A stretch of DNA of 64,000 bases from Dehalococcoidales bacterium (GTDB taxonomy: Bacteria > Chloroflexota > Dehalococcoidia > Dehalococcoidales > RBG-16-60-22): contig JBEKAC010000002.1 of NCBI GenBank assembly GCA_050018395.1, positions 84,429-148,428 of the forward strand, read 5' to 3'. Shown here piece by piece: positions 1-8,528 of this stretch. Below the pieces are notes generated by a model, which searched no databases, was not told the origin of the DNA, and saw only the letters and a list, made by a program, of their open reading frames with translations. Position 1 is the stretch's first letter, and every line of letters begins with the position of its first letter. A program made the position numbers and the translations under genes.

Positions 1-516
1 CCGCTTATCAGCTACTTCCCGGCGCAGGTAGCCAGGGAAGAAACAAAAGAATTCGACCTCTACAGTTTCTCCTACCGCGATATCCTGCACAACGGCACCT
101 ATACCATGGAAATGCCCTGGCTGGATGAGGTCTCCCAGCTTAATCCGTACACCTACAATATCACTATGAACGCAGATACCGCCAAGAAAAAGGGCTTGAA
201 AGACGGCGACCTTATCTGCCTGGAGTCGTCATACGGACGCAAGACCACCGGCACCCTGAAAACAATGCAGGGGCAGCACCCCAAGACCATATCCATATCT
301 GCGTGCTCCGGTGCATGGGCTAAAGGCGCCCCGATTGCCTACGGCAAAGGCACCAACTTCAACATCCTGCTGGAGTCCGATGCCAAACACGCCTGCCCGG
401 TCTGCTGGAGCCAGGAAACCGCCACCATGGTCAAGGTCTACAAGATCGACCACAGGATCGAATTCGATAAGGCTGGCGGCACTGACATTAATAAAGCAGG
501 AGGTATACGCAAATGA
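1..516 (+). CDS. Molybdopterin (CISM-family) oxidoreductase catalytic subunit, C-terminal fragment; the gene begins upstream of the window
   Basis: Frame 1 is open from base 1 to TGA 514-516. The C-terminal region resembles a molybdopterin-dinucleotide-binding barrel (KKKGLKDGDLICLESSYGR). The stop overlaps the ATG of a 4Fe-4S subunit, which is followed by an NrfD-type subunit (PsrABC-like order). Confidence 0.7.
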   Translation, partial: PLISYFPAQVAREETKEFDLYSFSYRDILHNGTYTMEMPWLDEVSQLNPYTYNITMNADTAKKKGLKDGDLICLESSYGRKTTGTLKTMQGQHPKTISISACSGAWAKGAPIAYGKGTNFNILLESDAKHACPVCWSQETATMVKVYKIDHRIEFDKAGGTDINKAGGIRK

Positions 517-1160
517 GATGGGGGATGGCCATAGAACTTAAGAGATGCATCGGTTGTAACGCCTGCGTGCTGGCCTGCAAAGCCGAGCATTTCGTCCCGC
601 CCCAGATATTCTGGAACCGGGTACTTATCGGCGAGAAGGGAAAGTACCCTTCGGTAACCAAGCTCATCTATTCCGTGCGCTGCAATCACTGTGCCGAACC
701 GAAATGCGTTAAAGTCTGCCCCACCGGCGCCACCCAGCAGCGCGAAGACGGCATTGTCTGGATCGATGATACCAAGTGCGTGGGCTGCCGCTACTGCATG
801 GTCGCCTGTCCTTACCAGATGCGGTCGATGTATGAAGACGCCGATGCGCAATACTTCCCCGGGCAGGAATTAAGCGAGCATGAAAAGATAGGCAAGCTGT
901 TATACCCGCATACGCCAGGGGTCGTGCAGAAGTGCGTTTTCTGCAAGGAGAGGATAGACTCCGGTCTCGCGCTGGGACTGACGCCCGGCGTTGACCGCGA
1001 TGCCACTCCCGCCTGCGTCATCGTGTGTCCGACCAAGGCGATTCACTTCGGCGACCTGGACGACCCTAACAGCGAGATCAATCGCGTCATCAAGGAGAAG
1101 CACGGCCACGCGTTCCATCCCGAGTTTGACACCGAGCCGTCAATCTCCTATATTGACTAA
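513..1160 (+). CDS. 4Fe-4S ferredoxin-type electron-transfer subunit (PsrB/NrfC/DmsB-like)
   Basis: Multiple Cys clusters are present (CIGCNACVLAC, CNHCAEPKCVKVCP, CVGCRYCMVACP, CVFCKERI...CVIVCP). ATGA start/stop overlap with the upstream catalytic subunit. Confidence 0.9.
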   Translation: MRWGMAIELKRCIGCNACVLACKAEHFVPPQIFWNRVLIGEKGKYPSVTKLIYSVRCNHCAEPKCVKVCPTGATQQREDGIVWIDDTKCVGCRYCMVACPYQMRSMYEDADAQYFPGQELSEHEKIGKLLYPHTPGVVQKCVFCKERIDSGLALGLTPGVDRDATPACVIVCPTKAIHFGDLDDPNSEINRVIKEKHGHAFHPEFDTEPSISYID

Positions 1161-1185
1161 TCGAGAAGAAGGGAGGCATAAAGAA

Positions 1186-2067
1186 ATGAGTAAAGATAAA
1201 CCGTTTGAGTTCATGGTAAAACCCCAGCAGCAAAAAGACTGGGTAGATGGAAGGGGCAACTTTATTGCGTTCGCTTTCTTCCTCGGCGGCATCGCCGGCG
1301 GGCTTTTCCTTATCTCTGCCTACTTTGATAACCTGCTGGGGATTTTCATCTCGTTTTTACTGACGGGTTGTATGGGCGCATTCTATATGATGCACCTCAC
1401 CCACCCCATGCGGTTCTGGAGGATGATGCGCAAACCCGGCACGTCGTGGATTGCCCGCGGCTTTTCATTCATCATGGCGTTCGGGTTTTTTACGGTAATC
1501 ACGATGATATTGATGAAGTGGGCCCCTGATGCTACCGGCGCCATCAAGACGTTCAAAGTGCTGGCCGGCATCTTCGCGTTTGCGCAATCGATTTATACCG
1601 GTTTTGCCGTAAGCTATGTCAGCGCCATCAAAGTCTGGAACACGGCCATCGTGCCGGTGCTGTTCGTTACCTGCGGCCTGACCGGCGGCCTGGCGATACT
1701 CCTGGCGGTCATGATGGGCCAGAACAGCACGGATATCGCCACGCTGGAAAACATCATCCGCATCGTTCTGATCGCCCTGGCGGTGATCATCGGGGTGTAC
1801 CTCTGGAATACCACCTATAGCAGCGCCGCTGCCAAAGGAGCCGTGATGAGGCTTATCGGCGGCAGCCTGGCCCCGCTTTTCTGGATCGGGGTTTTCGTTT
1901 TCGGCATCGCCGTTCCCATCACTATCTCGGTAACCACGTATTTTACCGGCCATGCTGCGGACGGGCTGCTGATTACCGCTGTCGTGAGTGAAATCATCGG
2001 CGGGCTGGCGTTGCGGTTCTCTATCCTTAAAGCGGGCATGTATACGCCGCTTCTACCGGTGGAGTAG
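1186..2067 (+). CDS. NrfD/PsrC-like polytopic membrane anchor subunit
   Basis: GGGAGG RBS lies just upstream of ATG 1186 (MSKDKPFEF). The protein is strongly hydrophobic and multi-helix, and is third in the operon. The longer 991 start in the ORF track overlaps the upstream gene. Confidence 0.75.
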   Translation: MSKDKPFEFMVKPQQQKDWVDGRGNFIAFAFFLGGIAGGLFLISAYFDNLLGIFISFLLTGCMGAFYMMHLTHPMRFWRMMRKPGTSWIARGFSFIMAFGFFTVITMILMKWAPDATGAIKTFKVLAGIFAFAQSIYTGFAVSYVSAIKVWNTAIVPVLFVTCGLTGGLAILLAVMMGQNSTDIATLENIIRIVLIALAVIIGVYLWNTTYSSAAAKGAVMRLIGGSLAPLFWIGVFVFGIAVPITISVTTYFTGHAADGLLITAVVSEIIGGLALRFSILKAGMYTPLLPVE

Positions 2068-2101
2068 CTATAAGCTATAAGCTGTAAGCTATAAGTTATA
2101 A
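2067..2101. repeat. Tandem heptamer repeat (GCTATAA/GCTGTAA/GTTATAA x5) beginning in the stop codon
   Basis: Read directly: gctataa gctataa gctgtaa gctataa gttataa. A shorter copy occurs at 18980-19000, again starting in a TAG stop codon. Confidence 0.85.
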
Positions 2102-2111
2102 CAGTTCTTAC

Positions 2112-2145
2112 GGGGAGGGGCTAAAAACCCCTCCCTTCATTTTTG
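2112..2145 (+). terminator. Putative rho-independent terminator of the molybdoenzyme operon
   Basis: GGGGAGGGG-ctaaaaa-CCCCTCCC hairpin followed by ttcattttt. Confidence 0.6.
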
Positions 2146-2160
2146 CCAAGATTGTACGCC

Positions 2161-2288
2161 GACCTTTTCCTCTTGGTCTCCCTCTCCGTTTGACAGAGAG
2201 GGAGACAAAAGATAGGATAATTTTTTATCCGGCACATTCTAATGCCTCCTCTCTGCCCGCGGAGAGGAGGTCAGGAGAAAAGGTCGCC
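2161..2288. repeat. REP-like composite: X hairpin module plus Y hairpin module
   Basis: X module is gaccttttcctctt..TCTCCCTCTC-N9-GAGAGGGAGA..caaaaga. Y module is CCTCCTCTC-N8-GAGAGGAGG..aaaaggtcgc. The same modules recur at 5264-5306, 5718-5855 and 10700-10820. Confidence 0.8.
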
Positions 2289-2338
2289 TTCCCTTTCATC
2301 TTTTCCCGTGTTTTCGTATAATGACCAGAGGAGGCGGT

Positions 2339-3241
2339 ATGTCCTCTACCGGCGCTATCTATATCGGCACATCCGGCTGGTCTTACCCCAAGGGCGAGGG
2401 CACCTGGAACGGGTTTTTCTATCCCGGCGGCAAGGTCAACGAGCTGGAGTATTACAGCCAGTTCTTCAATACCGTGGAAATTAACAGCACCTTTTACCGC
2501 CCGCCGGACCCCGGCTTCGTCTATAACTGGGCGCGCCGCGTGCCGCCTGGATTCCTCTTCGCCGTGAAGCTCTGGCAGAAGTTTACCCACCCCAAAATGT
2601 ACCGGGAAGCCACCGGCGAAGATGCCGTCATCGCGCAGGCGGACGTCGACCGCTTTAAGAAATGCCTGGAACCGCTGGCTAATGCCAATAAGCTCGGCGC
2701 ATTGCTGGCGCAGTTCCCGCCCAGCTTTAAAAACGACGACTACAGCCGGCGGGTGCTGTGGGCGGTATCCAACGCTTTCGGGGAATACCGGCTGGCGGTG
2801 GAGTTGCGGCACCGCTCCTGGAGCGATGATGCCGGCACGGAGCAGCTTTTAAGAGAAAATAAAATGGCCTGGGTCCAAATCGACGAGCCTAAGTTCAGCA
2901 CCTCGGTGGCGGCGGAATGCCCGGTGACCTCGGATATGGCTTACTTCCGCTTTCACGGCCGCAACGCCAAAGACTGGTGGACGGGCGACGCGGAAACGCG
3001 CTACCGCTACTTCTATACAGAGGCGGAAATCGCCGGGCTAGCGGAAAGGGTGAGGGCGGCCGCAGCTAAGACGCGTCTGCTTTTCGCTTTCTTCAACAAC
3101 CACTGGCAGGCATATGCGCCCCGCAATGCCAACGACCTCAAGAAAGCGCTGGATGTACCTTACGTGCAGCTGCCGCTAAACTTGGAAACGATACTGAACA
3201 CCCGCACTGCCGAAAGCAAAGAAAAGGGGCGGCTGGTATGA
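2339..3241 (+). CDS. DUF72 family protein
   Basis: IYIGTSGWSYPKGEGTWNGFFYP and EYYSQFFNTVEINSTFYR are typical of DUF72. GAGGAGG RBS lies before ATG 2339. The 2321 ATG overlaps a TATAAT-like box. Confidence 0.8.
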   Translation: MSSTGAIYIGTSGWSYPKGEGTWNGFFYPGGKVNELEYYSQFFNTVEINSTFYRPPDPGFVYNWARRVPPGFLFAVKLWQKFTHPKMYREATGEDAVIAQADVDRFKKCLEPLANANKLGALLAQFPPSFKNDDYSRRVLWAVSNAFGEYRLAVELRHRSWSDDAGTEQLLRENKMAWVQIDEPKFSTSVAAECPVTSDMAYFRFHGRNAKDWWTGDAETRYRYFYTEAEIAGLAERVRAAAAKTRLLFAFFNNHWQAYAPRNANDLKKALDVPYVQLPLNLETILNTRTAESKEKGRLV

Positions 3242-3450
3242 AACTCGGAATTGCTTTAACGGTCATCGGGCTGGCGGGTACCGTCCTGTTGCTTTCCGGG
3301 GCGGTCGATTTCGGCAACGCCGATATCTATGCGCGCCACCCCTGGCTGATCGCCGCCGGCGCGGTCTGCTTCGTGATTTTCCTCGTCGGGATGTACTTTT
3401 TACGCAAGGCTTGGAAAAAGGTCGGCGAGGAGCGGCGCCGGCGATGGTAA
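3238..3450 (+). CDS. Small two-helix membrane protein, function unknown
   Basis: ATGA overlap with the DUF72 stop. Two hydrophobic segments and a basic C-terminus. Confidence 0.45.
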   Translation: MKLGIALTVIGLAGTVLLLSGAVDFGNADIYARHPWLIAAGAVCFVIFLVGMYFLRKAWKKVGEERRRRW

Positions 3451-3493
3451 ACATTTCGTTATAAAAAAATCAAGATGAAAGCACTAAATAAAA

Positions 3494-5257
3494 ATGCTGG
3501 ATGAACTCACGGTACGCGACTTCGGCATCATCGAGGCGATAGACTGGAAGCCCGCCGGCGGTCTGAACGTCATCACCGGCGAGACCGGCGCCGGTAAGTC
3601 GCTGGTGGTGGACGCCGTGGAAGCCTTGCTTTCCAGCCAGGCGCATGAAGAAGACATCCGCCACGGCGCCGCCGAAGCGCAGGTCGAAGGAGTTTTCCAC
3701 CTCGATGAAAAAGATGTAAAATCCCCGCTGCGGAACATACTGGCGGAAAAAGGACTGGCCGCCGAAGACGATACCCTCCTCCTTTCCTGCGATTTCCGTC
3801 GGCAGGGGCGCACCACGCCGCGGGTCAACCGGCAGGCGGTATCCCGGGCGATTTTAAAGGACATCGGCGCGGCGCTAGTGGATATCCACGGCCAGAGCGA
3901 GCACCTCTCGCTGCTGAACAAGAGCCACCACCTGGACTACCTGGACGCGTATGCGCATACGCTGGAAAAACGGCACGCCTTCGGCGCCAGAGTTTCCGAG
4001 CTGCACCAGATGGAGCGGGAAATACAGTCGCTCTCCCGCGATGAGCAGGAGCTGGCGCGGCATATCGAGCTGCTTAATTTCCAGATAGAAGAAATACAGC
4101 GGGCGGAGCTGCAGGATGGTGAGGAGGAGGCGTTGCAAAAAGAGCTGACCCTCCTGATGTCCGCGGAAAAGCTGAAGTCCGCTGCCTTCGATATTTACCG
4201 CATTATCTACGGCGAGGACAGCGCCATGGCCGCCACCTCGGTGGTGGATAAGGCCGGCGAGGCCCTGCCGCTGATGAAGCAGATCGTGGATAAAGACCCC
4301 ACCCTCCAGCCCAAGATGAACTACCTCGAGGAATTGATCCACGGGCTGGAGGAGTTGGCGCGGGAGCTCCAATCTTACGGCGATAACTTGAGCTACGACC
4401 CGGAGCGCCTGGAAGAAGTCCAGAACCGTCTGGAGATGCTGAAAAGCCTGAAGCGGAAATACGGCGGCTCGATAACAGAAATACTGACGTACCTCGCCAA
4501 AGCGGAGAAAGAGCTGGCGGGGCTGGCCAATTCCACCGAGCGCCGCGAGCAACTTGAATTAGAGCGCGTCCAGCTGAAAAAAGAGATGGGCGCTTTAGCC
4601 TCGAAGCTTTCCCAGGAAAGGGCTAAAGCGGCGCAAAAGCTGGCCAAAGTGGTGAAAAAAGAGCTGGCCGAGCTAAGCATGGGGCGGGTGGACTTTGTCG
4701 TGGCGATGACGCAGGAAGAAACGCCGGACGGCATCCCCTTCCCCGAAGGCAAGACTTATAAATTCGGCGCCAGCGGCGTGGACGATGTAGCGTTCCTGGC
4801 GTCCACCAACCCCGGCGAACCGGCCAAGGCGCTGGACAGGATCGCCTCCACCGGTGAAATCTCACGCTTCATGCTGGCTCTCAAGAGCGCCCTGGCGGAA
4901 GCGGATACCATTCCCGTACTAATCTTCGACGAGATAGACATCGGCATTGGGGGCCGCAGCGGCGAGGTCATCGGCCGCAAGCTGTGGAAGCTTTCCCGCC
5001 ACCACCAGGTAATCTGCGTGACGCACCTGCCCCAGATCGCCGCCTTCGCCGATGCGCAGTACCGCGTCAGCAAGCAGACCGCCGGCGAGAGAACGACCAG
5101 CCGCATCGAGACGCTGACCGGAGAAATGCGTTTCCAGGAGCTGGCGGCGATGATCGGCGGGCAGAAATACAGTGAAAGCGCATTAAGTGCCGCCAGAGAA
5201 TTGATTGAAAGTGCGGAAGCGTGGAAGAAGGGGTCGGAAAAAGAGCCGGGCGCATAG
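3494..5257 (+). CDS. recN: DNA repair protein RecN
   Basis: N-terminal LDELTVRDFGIIE...VITGETGAGKS, a long coiled-coil middle, a C-terminal SGGE-like STGEISR motif and a LIFDEIDIGIGG Walker B. 587 aa. Confidence 0.95.
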   Translation: MLDELTVRDFGIIEAIDWKPAGGLNVITGETGAGKSLVVDAVEALLSSQAHEEDIRHGAAEAQVEGVFHLDEKDVKSPLRNILAEKGLAAEDDTLLLSCDFRRQGRTTPRVNRQAVSRAILKDIGAALVDIHGQSEHLSLLNKSHHLDYLDAYAHTLEKRHAFGARVSELHQMEREIQSLSRDEQELARHIELLNFQIEEIQRAELQDGEEEALQKELTLLMSAEKLKSAAFDIYRIIYGEDSAMAATSVVDKAGEALPLMKQIVDKDPTLQPKMNYLEELIHGLEELARELQSYGDNLSYDPERLEEVQNRLEMLKSLKRKYGGSITEILTYLAKAEKELAGLANSTERREQLELERVQLKKEMGALASKLSQERAKAAQKLAKVVKKELAELSMGRVDFVVAMTQEETPDGIPFPEGKTYKFGASGVDDVAFLASTNPGEPAKALDRIASTGEISRFMLALKSALAEADTIPVLIFDEIDIGIGGRSGEVIGRKLWKLSRHHQVICVTHLPQIAAFADAQYRVSKQTAGERTTSRIETLTGEMRFQELAAMIGGQKYSESALSAARELIESAEAWKKGSEKEPGA

Positions 5258-5259
5258 CG
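5235..5259. repeat. 25-bp direct repeat (left copy), covering the last recN codons and stop
   Basis: cggaaaaagagccgggcgcatagcg is identical to 5869-5893. Confidence 0.9.
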
Positions 5260-5263
5260 GGGG

Positions 5264-5306
5264 GCGACCTTTCTACCTGACCTCCTCTCCGCGGGCAGAG
5301 AGGAGG
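5264..5306. repeat. REP-like Y module
   Basis: gcgacctttctacctgaCCTCCTCTCcgcgggcaGAGAGGAGG. Confidence 0.8.
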
Positions 5307-5308
5307 TA

Positions 5309-5692
5309 TTAAATAGTACGGGACACGGAATTTTCTATTTGCTGAATAACCTTGTCGATTTCAAGCAGCACTATAGTATTTGGAAAACGCATGACCCTGA
5401 TACCGAGGCCTGATAGAAATTCCTGTCTTAAAGCGTCTTTTTCTGGCTGGTATTGGTGGATATCTCCGTCCACCTCTATGGCCAGCTTGACCCTGGCGCA
5501 ATAGAAATCAACAATAAATTGGCCTATGCAAAACTGCCGCCGAAAGCTTAAGCCCCGGACCTGGTGTTTTCTTAAACGTTGCCAGAGTGTCTTTTCCGCC
5601 TGCGTCGGTTCATATCTCATCCGGTGGGCAATAGGCTTGAGTTTTTCCCACAAAGCCGGAGTGGTTCGCCACCTGTTTTCCTGGTTTTTCAA
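5309..5692 (-). CDS. DUF559 (Vsr-like) endonuclease domain protein
   Basis: AEKTLWQRLRKHQVRGLSFRRQFCIGQFIVDFYC...LAIEVDGDIHQ...RVMRFPN matches the DUF559 pattern. Confidence 0.85.
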   Translation of the reverse strand: MKNQENRWRTTPALWEKLKPIAHRMRYEPTQAEKTLWQRLRKHQVRGLSFRRQFCIGQFIVDFYCARVKLAIEVDGDIHQYQPEKDALRQEFLSGLGIRVMRFPNTIVLLEIDKVIQQIENSVSRTI

Positions 5693-5717
5693 TTATTTTC
5701 CCCGAAGTATTTTTCAC

Positions 5718-5855
5718 TTATCCTATCTTTTGTCTCCCTCTCTGTCAAACGGAGAGGGAGAACAAGAGGAAAAGGTCGGGGGGCGACCTTTCTGCCTGAC
5801 CTCCCTCTTGTACTGAAGCTACGAAGGGCAAGCCTCTCCGCTAGCAGAGAGGAGG
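5718..5855. repeat. REP-like X module (inverted) plus a disrupted Y module
   Basis: ttatcctatcttttgTCTCCCTCTCtgtcaaacgGAGAGGGAGAacaagaggaaaaggtc, then gcgacctttctgcctgacctccctc...CCTCTCcgctagcaGAGAGGagg. Confidence 0.8.
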
Positions 5856-5868
5856 CAATAGAGCTTGC

Positions 5869-5893
5869 CGGAAAAAGAGCCGGGCGCATAGCG
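5869..5893. repeat. 25-bp direct repeat (right copy)
   Basis: Identical to 5235-5259. Confidence 0.9.
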
Positions 5894-5931
5894 CAGGAAG
5901 ATTTACATAACGCTATGCGCCCTGAAGAGAG

Positions 5932-5961
5932 GAAGCCAGCCTCAGGGCTGGCTTCTTTTTT
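5932..5961. terminator. Bidirectional hairpin terminator between recN and the convergent GIN-domain gene
   Basis: GAAGCCAGCC-tcag-GGCTGGCTTC followed by TTTTTT. It overlaps the stop codon of the minus-strand gene. Confidence 0.6.
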
Positions 5962-6757
5962 CCAGGTCCGATGCCCCGGTGGTTTTGATATTACCCAGGG
6001 TGGGATTGCCGGAGTAGCCCAGTGTAGATGCCCCGCTCAAATCCGCGTTCAGCGTACCGCTGATGTCCATATTGGCGTCGCTGGCGCCGGATAATTCGAT
6101 GTCCGCGTTATTGACCGGGTAGTAAGTAAAGAAAGCCTGGCTGGCGCCGGAGCCGTGGAGCTTGATGTCCCCGCCCGCCCCGGTCAGGTTGATTTTGCTG
6201 GCGCCGGAAAGCTTCATGTCACTGCCTGTCGCCGTTAAACGGCCGGTTATCGAGCTGGCGCCGCTCAAATCGGCGGTAAAATAGCCCGTGGTCATGTCCA
6301 GGTCCATCTCGCTGGCGCCCGATACCTTAAGGTTAAGAGGGTTGCCGGACTTAAATCCCGCCGCACTCCCCTTGCTGTCTCCGGAAAGGTCGAGGTCTTT
6401 CAACACCGGCATGGTCACCGAGACTTTGGTGCCGGTACGCCACCACGATTTTAAATTCCAGCTTTCAACGTCAATTTTAAGGATGGAGCCATCCATCGTG
6501 ACACGGATATGGTCCAGCACATTTTTTCCCGCGGTGATGTTGATGCTGTAGGTATCCGCGGGCGTGACATCAAGTTGGAATGTATTGCCTATACTGATGC
6601 TGGTAAAGCCGGCATAGTTATAGCTCTGCGTCGTGATGGGGCCGTTTTTCGCCGACATGTCCACCCGCACGCACCCGGTGAAAACCGCCGCAGTCGCCAG
6701 CAGCGTGATAAGTATAATTCCTGAAAACAGTTTTTTCATTTTCTTCCTCCGCAACAC
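5942..6757 (-). CDS. Lipoprotein with DUF2807/GIN (adhesin-head-like) beta-helix repeats
   Basis: Signal peptide with lipobox (LLATAAVFTGC). Repeated LSGAS../GSGAS.. strands are typical of DUF2807. Confidence 0.7.
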   Translation of the reverse strand: MLRRKKMKKLFSGIILITLLATAAVFTGCVRVDMSAKNGPITTQSYNYAGFTSISIGNTFQLDVTPADTYSINITAGKNVLDHIRVTMDGSILKIDVESWNLKSWWRTGTKVSVTMPVLKDLDLSGDSKGSAAGFKSGNPLNLKVSGASEMDLDMTTGYFTADLSGASSITGRLTATGSDMKLSGASKINLTGAGGDIKLHGSGASQAFFTYYPVNNADIELSGASDANMDISGTLNADLSGASTLGYSGNPTLGNIKTTGASDLEKRSQP

Positions 6758-6767
6758 GTATTGAACT

Positions 6768-7736
6768 TTATTCCCTCACCAGCATGGCCTTGGCAAAGCC
6801 GCCGTGCAGCTTACCGACAAATTTGGCCAGGTGCATCGTGGCGGGCAATAAGAGGATGCCGGCGATGGTGGCGAAGGGCAGCAGCCAGGTGGGCGTGAAG
6901 TACCCGTAATCGCCGATCCAGAATGACGGCACGCCGAAAACGAGCTCGGTAACGGGTTTAAAGATAAGCCAGATGGCAAGAGCTATCAGCGTGACAAATA
7001 CGGTGAAATAGATTATACCCAGCGGCATCAGCAATATCATATAGAGAGCAGCCGTCCAGGTTTGCCGCTCGGTGAGTAGATTCTTGAATTTCTGCCACCA
7101 GCCGATGTCCTTGCGGGAAAAGAGCGGGCGCCGCGGCATCCTGACGCCGAGCAGCGCTTCCACCAGTCTCCCCTCCAGTAGGGCGATGCCCCGGAAGGAT
7201 ATCAGGAACAAACCGAAGATGGGTATGCCGATGACCAGCACCAGCAGGCCGGCGGAAACGGAAATCCCGGTGACCGCCCAGGTAAAGTAGGCGATGCCGA
7301 TGAACATGGAAAGCATCAGGTAAAAGAAAGACCCCCAGGCCCTGGGTTCGGCAAAGACGCCGAAGAACCTGGCGAAGAAATTGCGCGTCTCGGGCAAGGC
7401 CGGCGCGATTGGGGGCCGGGCTGGTGCGGGAGGAACAGGTGCCGTCGGGGCCAGCGGGGGACTGATCTCCTTGGGCGCCTGCCTGCCGAAGGCCGGTGGC
7501 GTACGCGATTCCAGCTCTTTATAGGCGGCGGCCACTTCCTTCGGCTGGCCGTAACGCTCTATAATCGACGCCAGCGCCGCCGCTTCGGCAACATGCTGAT
7601 TATCTCTCATCGCGGCGTCCAGGGCCGTCCTGAGGTATTCCTCGGCGTCTGAAAGGGCATCCTGTATGGTGGCGCGGTCACTGCCGGCGAGTTCGTACTT
7701 CAGTTCGGCCAGGTATTGCTCGATGGTGTTAATCAT
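6768..7736 (-). CDS. Membrane sensor protein with an N-terminal HAAS/DUF1700-like helical domain
   Basis: N-terminus is MINTIEQYLAELKYELAGSDRATIQDALSDAEEYL, followed by a Pro-rich linker and multiple TM helices. The start overlaps the padR stop region. Confidence 0.6.
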   Translation of the reverse strand: MINTIEQYLAELKYELAGSDRATIQDALSDAEEYLRTALDAAMRDNQHVAEAAALASIIERYGQPKEVAAAYKELESRTPPAFGRQAPKEISPPLAPTAPVPPAPARPPIAPALPETRNFFARFFGVFAEPRAWGSFFYLMLSMFIGIAYFTWAVTGISVSAGLLVLVIGIPIFGLFLISFRGIALLEGRLVEALLGVRMPRRPLFSRKDIGWWQKFKNLLTERQTWTAALYMILLMPLGIIYFTVFVTLIALAIWLIFKPVTELVFGVPSFWIGDYGYFTPTWLLPFATIAGILLLPATMHLAKFVGKLHGGFAKAMLVRE

Positions 7737-8097
7737 CTTCCCCTCCTTTTAAAACGGCATCGACGAATTCCTTTGTCTGGTGCCAGATTTCAATCCATTT
7801 TGCCAGTGTCTGGCGGCCGGAATCGGTGATTTTGTAGTAACGCCGGGGCGGGCCGGCAACGGAGGGCTCCACCTCGCTTTGCAGCAGGCCGGTAGCTTCC
7901 AGCGACCTTAACACCGGATAGAGCGCCCCCTGTTTCATGATGTCGATGTCTTTGGTCTGGGCCTCGATTAGCTTGGCGATCTGATAGCCGTACATCGGGG
8001 CGGTGGCTTTATCCAGCACCCCCAGCAGCACCAGCGCCGCCGTCCCGCCGTTAAGTTCCTTCTGGAATTTCTTGATTGCTTCATTTATTTCATCCAT
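7729..8097 (-). CDS. PadR family transcriptional regulator
   Basis: LLGVLDKATAPMYGYQIAKLIE...GALYPVLRSLEATGLL...RRYYKITDSG is a classical PadR winged helix. Confidence 0.9.
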   Translation of the reverse strand: MDEINEAIKKFQKELNGGTAALVLLGVLDKATAPMYGYQIAKLIEAQTKDIDIMKQGALYPVLRSLEATGLLQSEVEPSVAGPPRRYYKITDSGRQTLAKWIEIWHQTKEFVDAVLKGGEDD

Positions 8098-8528
8098 TGA
8101 AGCACCTCCAAAGCAGCAAGAGGCCTTCCCGGCCCCTTACTGCGGACATAGCGCATACCTGATAATAACTATTAATCTGACAGCATTGTGAATTAACCAG
8201 TACATATAAGTTAATAATAGTGTTAGATTATCAGTAAATCAATCAAGAATAAACTGATACAGGGGAAGCCAGGCGTATGGAAATTAGTTGAATGATGTGG
8301 AAATCACCAGATATTAATGGAATGCGGATTATCTCTTATTTTCTCCTGATATTGATATAGGCAAGCCTGATGACAGTTTTACCCGGAAGATTTAGCGGAA
8401 AATATCTGGGAAGTTCTAAACAAGCCTTTATCAACCCCCTATGTCCCCCAATCTTGGGGGACTGGGGGCTGGGGGACACCCCCAGAGCCCCCGCCAGAAG
8501 GTTTTCTGGACTTATTTTCAGAGATTCT

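Noticed and set aside
991-1185. N-terminal extension of the NrfD-like ORF back to 991
   Set aside because: It overlaps the 3' end of the Fe-S subunit gene in another frame. An RBS-preceded ATG at 1186 gives a typical start.
3875-4552. 225-aa ORF antisense to recN (and similar ones at 4393-4752 and 4756-5106)
   Set aside because: It lies fully inside a confidently identified gene on the other strand. Long antisense ORFs are expected in GC-rich coding DNA. It has no RBS and no recognisable motifs.
5579-6094. 171-aa plus-strand ORF spanning the DUF559 5' region, the REP modules and the terminator
   Set aside because: It is composed of repeat and antisense sequence and has no coding signature.
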